DNA of 63,688 bases, the filler included, from Globobulimina sp. (lineage: Eukaryota), in NCBI GenBank assembly GCA_003354225.1. It is 19 parts of 19 records of this genome, joined end to end, with 100 filler letters (N's around TTAATTAATTAA, not from the genome) between each part and the next. Parts side by side here need not be neighbours in the genome. Positions count along the whole stretch, not along the records: positions 57,080 to 60,334 come from PIVH01003289.1; positions 60,435 to 63,688 come from PIVH01003290.1; 17 more parts are not named here. The stretch is one strand, 5' to 3'. Every line of letters begins with the position of its first letter. Position 1 is the stretch's first letter. The notes beneath the pieces were generated by a model. It did not search any database. It saw nothing but the letters and a program-made list of their open reading frames with translations, and was not told the origin of the DNA. The translations under genes and the position numbers were made by a program. Below are positions 59,795 to 63,688 of this stretch, one piece after another.

Positions 59795-60334
59795 ATGTCA
59801 TCGATTTTATGGATGTGCGTAAATGTTTTTGCAGTCGTTAACACATATTCGCCACCAAACTATGTATATAATGGTGATTATACATTATCGCAATCCAATT
59901 GGGAGGCTACATGTCAATTTTACTATGATGGACACTTAGCATCGATACATAAGGATTCACAACGAGTGGAAGCACAAACTGCATCAGGAACGTCATCATG
60001 GATTGGTCTCAATGGCTATGTAACTGCAGGTACATGGATGTGGACTGACGGCACGGCCTTTAATTATGGTTTAATCGATGACCAACCTCCGTGGGGTGCT
60101 GGTGAACCAAATGACGCAGAAGACTGTGCTACAATAAATGGCAATGGATTGTGGAATGATGTTCCTTGCTCAACTTTGAACCATGGATTATGCGCTTATC
60201 CCATACCAATTACTGTAATAAATGACAAATCGAGTTATGAGCGCACACGACAGCATCCGGGCTATATCGGAGTTATTCACATTTTGGATGAAATATATAT
60301 AGACTTTTATATAACATTCCATTCATGGCCTACT
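59795..60334 (+). CDS. Secreted C-type lectin domain protein, 3' partial
   Basis: Signal peptide; [34 protein letters not shown] (EPN/WND mannose-type motifs). Confidence 0.9.
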
Positions 60335-60792
60335 NNNNNNNNNNNNNNNNNNNNNNNNNNNNNNNNNNNNNNNNNNNNTTAATTAATTAANNNNNNNNNN
60401 NNNNNNNNNNNNNNNNNNNNNNNNNNNNNNNNNNAAATCAATGATCTCGGCACATATACAACAGCGTGAACTAAATTGAGTGACAGAGATATGATAATTT
60501 TCCAAACCATAAAAACGAAATTAAATTGAAAATAAAATTAGTTTCAAACCAACACACAAAAAGTCAAATAAAAGAAAACACGCAAACGCCTAATTTTAAA
60601 ACTTTAGGGAATAAAAGCAAATCAAAAAAAATCAAAAAGCAGATTTCTTTTATACTTTATCGGAGATTGAAGGCACAAACAAAACAATTCTATACAAAAT
60701 AATAACAATTTTGAAACAAAAAATGGATCGAAGCATATCGAAACGGAATAGAAATGCGTATATAGATACAAATAAAATACAAAATTAGAAAA

Positions 60793-62363
60793 CTAGAAAT
60801 CTTCCTCATCCTCCTCCTCCTCATCACCATCACCATCCTCGTCTTCATCCTCATCACCATCCTCATCTTCATCCTCATCGTCGTCCTCATCATCATCTTC
60901 TTCCTCTAAATCGACCACTGCGTCCTGTTTATCCTGATACTCTGTGATCAAATCACGAACATTTTTATCCGCCTCTTGGAATTCCATCTCATCCATTCCT
61001 TCGCCTTTATACCAATGCAAAAATGCTTTTCTTTTATACATTTTCGCAAATTGCGCCGAAATTCTTTGAAATACACCTAAATATTAACCATTTAATCAAT
61101 GGGGCAAATACCGCAAAAATAAATTAACAAAAAATACCTTTAATCGCAGTCGTATTTGCAACAAACGTCCCGGACATTGTGCAGCCTTCAGGTGCTACGG
61201 TGATAATGGACGATTTAATATTGTTTGGGATCCACGTCACAAAGTCATCAGCCATCTTTTGCTGGATCTTAGCCACTTCGTCGTCCACTTCTTGCGTGGC
61301 GATGGAGCCTCGATAACCACACGAAGCCGTTAAATATTTGCCATCTTCAGCCTTGACATTGGCTAAAAAGTTGCGCGAACTCCACATTTGATCCGTCAAT
61401 TCCTGCACAGTCAATTTCACTTTGGAGCCCTGTCCAGGTGCAAATAGCGGCGCTTGTGCCAATAAAAAGCAATGTAAACGCGGGAAAGGCACTAAATTCA
61501 CGCCCATTTTACGCAAATCTCCATTCAATTTGCCGCTGAAACGCAACGAAGCAGTAATACCAGACATCACCATTGAAATTACCCAATTCAAGTCGGCATA
61601 TTTCGGCTCTTTTTGCTTCAACACATTGTGCGAGATACTGAATAAGGCTTCGTTATCAATCACAAATGTCTCGTCCGAATTTTCTAACAATTGATGGATA
61701 GATAAGGTGGCGTTATAGGGCTCAACCACCACATCCGATACTTTTGGTGACGGATACACGCTGAAAGTGGCCGTGATACGGTCGGGGTAATTGTCTCTGA
61801 TTTTGAGTAATAACAAGGTGCCCATACCGCTGCCAGTGCCGCCACCGATGGATTGCGTCAATTGGAAGCCTTGCGGGCAATCACAGCCTTCGGTCTCGCG
61901 GCGAATAATATCGACGGCTTCGTCAATTAATTCAGCGCCCTCTGTATAATGCCCTTTGGCCCTGCGTAATTTGTGAAGTGTGCGGTTTTGCGTATATGAA
62001 TATATAAAAATGATTTTGTATGTTAGTGTATTGTATTACGTACCAATTGTTACCAGCACCCGAAGCACCGAAACACATATTATCCGGTTTGAATAACGCG
62101 CCCATTGGCGAGGCTCGAATGACATCTATGATACCGGGCTCTAAATCGACTAAACAGGCTCGAGGCACAAAGCGAAATTGCCCGGCTTCTTGGTAATAGA
62201 CATCGATTTTATCTAATCGTAATTTGTCATCTTTGTCATCTGGTTTCCCTTTAAATTTGCCATCGTCCGCTAATTTGTGTTCTTTGCCCATGGTGTTCCA
62301 AAAGGCGTTACCAATTTGGTTGCCACATTGTCCTACTTGGACATGAATGATTTCTCTCACCAT
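60793..62363 (-). CDS. Divergent beta-tubulin (foraminiferal/retarian beta-2 type); introns 61962-62043 and 61077-61137
   Basis: [75 protein letters not shown]. Many substitutions relative to canonical beta-tubulin; long acidic tail. Confidence 0.93.
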
Positions 62364-62554
62364 TGTGGATTATTAATAGCTAGGTATATATAAATATGTT
62401 TTTATATATATTTGGTTGGTTTTTATGAGGAGAAAGAGGGAAGTTTTTTGTTTGAAAATAGTTGAAGTTAGTGTCTAGTTGAATATTTAACATTTATATA
62501 TTCCTCAGGATTCAGGAAGCTTCTCCATAATGAGTCGATATGCTGTAATTATTT

Positions 62555-63376
62555 TCATTTGTTATCATGTAAGTATGTAGACACAAAATAAAAAACAATT
62601 GCAATTAGAGTCACACATAAATACACATATTTATAATGGGTAAAACGATTACCGGTACCACTATGATGCGAATATCTTTTCATTTGTTTCACATAATATT
62701 CAATATTATTATTATTCTTTTCGATTTTACATATTTGTAAGCATGAATTGCATGAAAATCTTTCTTTTCCAACACATTTTAGGATTTTAGATTTAAAATA
62801 GTTTATCACAATATTCATTTGTTGATTATTTTCCCATTGAACTTTATTCTGTTTTCGTTGAAATACGAATGCGTTCCCAATGTTTGGTCCATTTAATTTT
62901 ATATTTGCAATATATTCATAAGACGGATGACCACGAAATAATATATGACTATGAAGCAGCGATGGTTCGTTATCTTTTCCTAAAATTACAATGTTTTTAT
63001 CAATATCCAATGAATGTGAATTGTTGCCCATAACAAATGTCTGTCCAAATAATCCATCATTATATAACATATTTGATATACGTGCTGATAAAATATGCAA
63101 TCCATCAATTTCATCCGTAGTATATTTACGATTAAAATATTTAATTTTTTCCGAATAATAATCAGATGGTGATATCAATACTATTAATAATCTGTAACAA
63201 CGGGAATCTGTTGGATTTATCATAATTTTGTAAAAATATTCAGTGTTTTTTAATGGACTGTAACATGCGATTGCAATGCCATATTTTGAAAATGATTCCG
63301 ATGTCACTGACCAATGTGTTGGTCCATATCCACAGAAATGGTATGTAATTTCAGGCGGTTTTATATGTGCCTCCAT
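62555..63376 (-). CDS. Hypothetical protein with a HIT-like HxH motif and C-terminal TM anchor
   Basis: GNNSH...EPSLLHSHILFRG; C-terminal YVYLCVTLIAIVFYFV. Confidence 0.5.
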   Translation of the reverse strand: MEAHIKPPEITYHFCGYGPTHWSVTSESFSKYGIAIACYSPLKNTEYFYKIMINPTDSRCYRLLIVLISPSDYYSEKIKYFNRKYTTDEIDGLHILSARISNMLYNDGLFGQTFVMGNNSHSLDIDKNIVILGKDNEPSLLHSHILFRGHPSYEYIANIKLNGPNIGNAFVFQRKQNKVQWENNQQMNIVINYFKSKILKCVGKERFSCNSCLQICKIEKNNNNIEYYVKQMKRYSHHSGTGNRFTHYKYVYLCVTLIAIVFYFVSTYLHDNK

Positions 63377-63478
63377 TAAACTAGTTCTAGTTAACTATAA
63401 TTTTGCATACACTTTTCAATGAACATATTTAGCAAAGCAACAACTTGCTAAACCAGCTGAGAAGTGAGAAGTCACTTT

Positions 63479-63688
63479 TTATCTTATGTCAACAACCACC
63501 ACCAACCTCCCATCAGTAATCGTTTGATTTCTGTCCTTCCAACCTTGCTGTATCCATGCTGGCGCTTTATATGATTTCCAAAACCATCCATAAGTGGGTT
63601 TATCTTCATGCTCAATTTCAAGCACACCATACTTTGCAAAATTCTCTTTTCCAACATCAATTCCTTTGGAAATTGTTCCAAACACAGA
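63479..63688 (-). CDS. C-terminal fragment of a hypothetical protein
   Basis: Open frame from the window end to a stop at 63479. Confidence 0.35.
   Translation of the reverse strand, partial: SVFGTISKGIDVGKENFAKYGVLEIEHEDKPTYGWFWKSYKAPAWIQQGWKDRNQTITDGRLVVVVDIR

Noticed and set aside
3261-60434. Regularly spaced TTAATTAATTAA repeats every ~3.36 kb (CRISPR-like, telomere-like or nanochromosome-like periodicity)
   Set aside because: They are embedded in fixed N-runs and separate length-sorted contigs, so they are an artificial concatenation linker.
1-63688. Treating neighbouring genes across spacers as an operon or gene cluster (e.g. ABC-GNAT with HAD-ITPK1)
   Set aside because: They are on different contigs; adjacency reflects length sorting only.
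1-63688. Alternative genetic code or stop-codon readthrough to explain fragmented ORFs
   Set aside because: Breaks in the conserved genes checked (tubulin, cyclophilin, hydrolase, Zn-repeat protein) are resolved by canonical GT-AG introns, and long ORFs read cleanly in the standard code.
1-63688. rRNA or tRNA genes
   Set aside because: No cloverleaf or conserved rRNA segments were recognised by eye; a covariance-model search was not possible.

Overview
This window is not one locus. It is 19 unrelated, length-sorted contigs (3260 down to 3254 bp) joined by 18 identical 100-nt spacers (N44-TTAATTAATTAA-N44), so adjacency across spacers has no biological meaning. Most contigs come from an AT-rich eukaryote with short GT-AG introns and very compact head-to-head gene pairs. 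A divergent beta-2-type tubulin points to Foraminifera/Retaria. Recognisable genes include TAF2, cyclophilin, an ABHD11-like hydrolase, cathepsin L, a GT49 glycosyltransferase, diacylglycerol kinase, a sulfatase, an STE20/Hippo-like kinase, an amino-acid permease, a 2OG-Fe(II) oxygenase and zinc-finger proteins. The most unusual items are: (1) an intronless double ABC-ATPase + GNAT fusion of prokaryote/phage type; (2) a HAD-phosphatase-ITPK1 fusion; (3) a bacterial-family gene that has gained a spliceosomal intron; (4) a mobile-element- or virus-like USP protease with DNA-binding-type repeats; (5) a cluster of small intronless NLS-bearing orphan genes; (6) nested palindromic MITE-like elements; (7) a bacterial homoserine dehydrogenase fragment abutting a eukaryotic gene, probably a chimera. 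All family calls come from motif recognition by eye; no database search was run.
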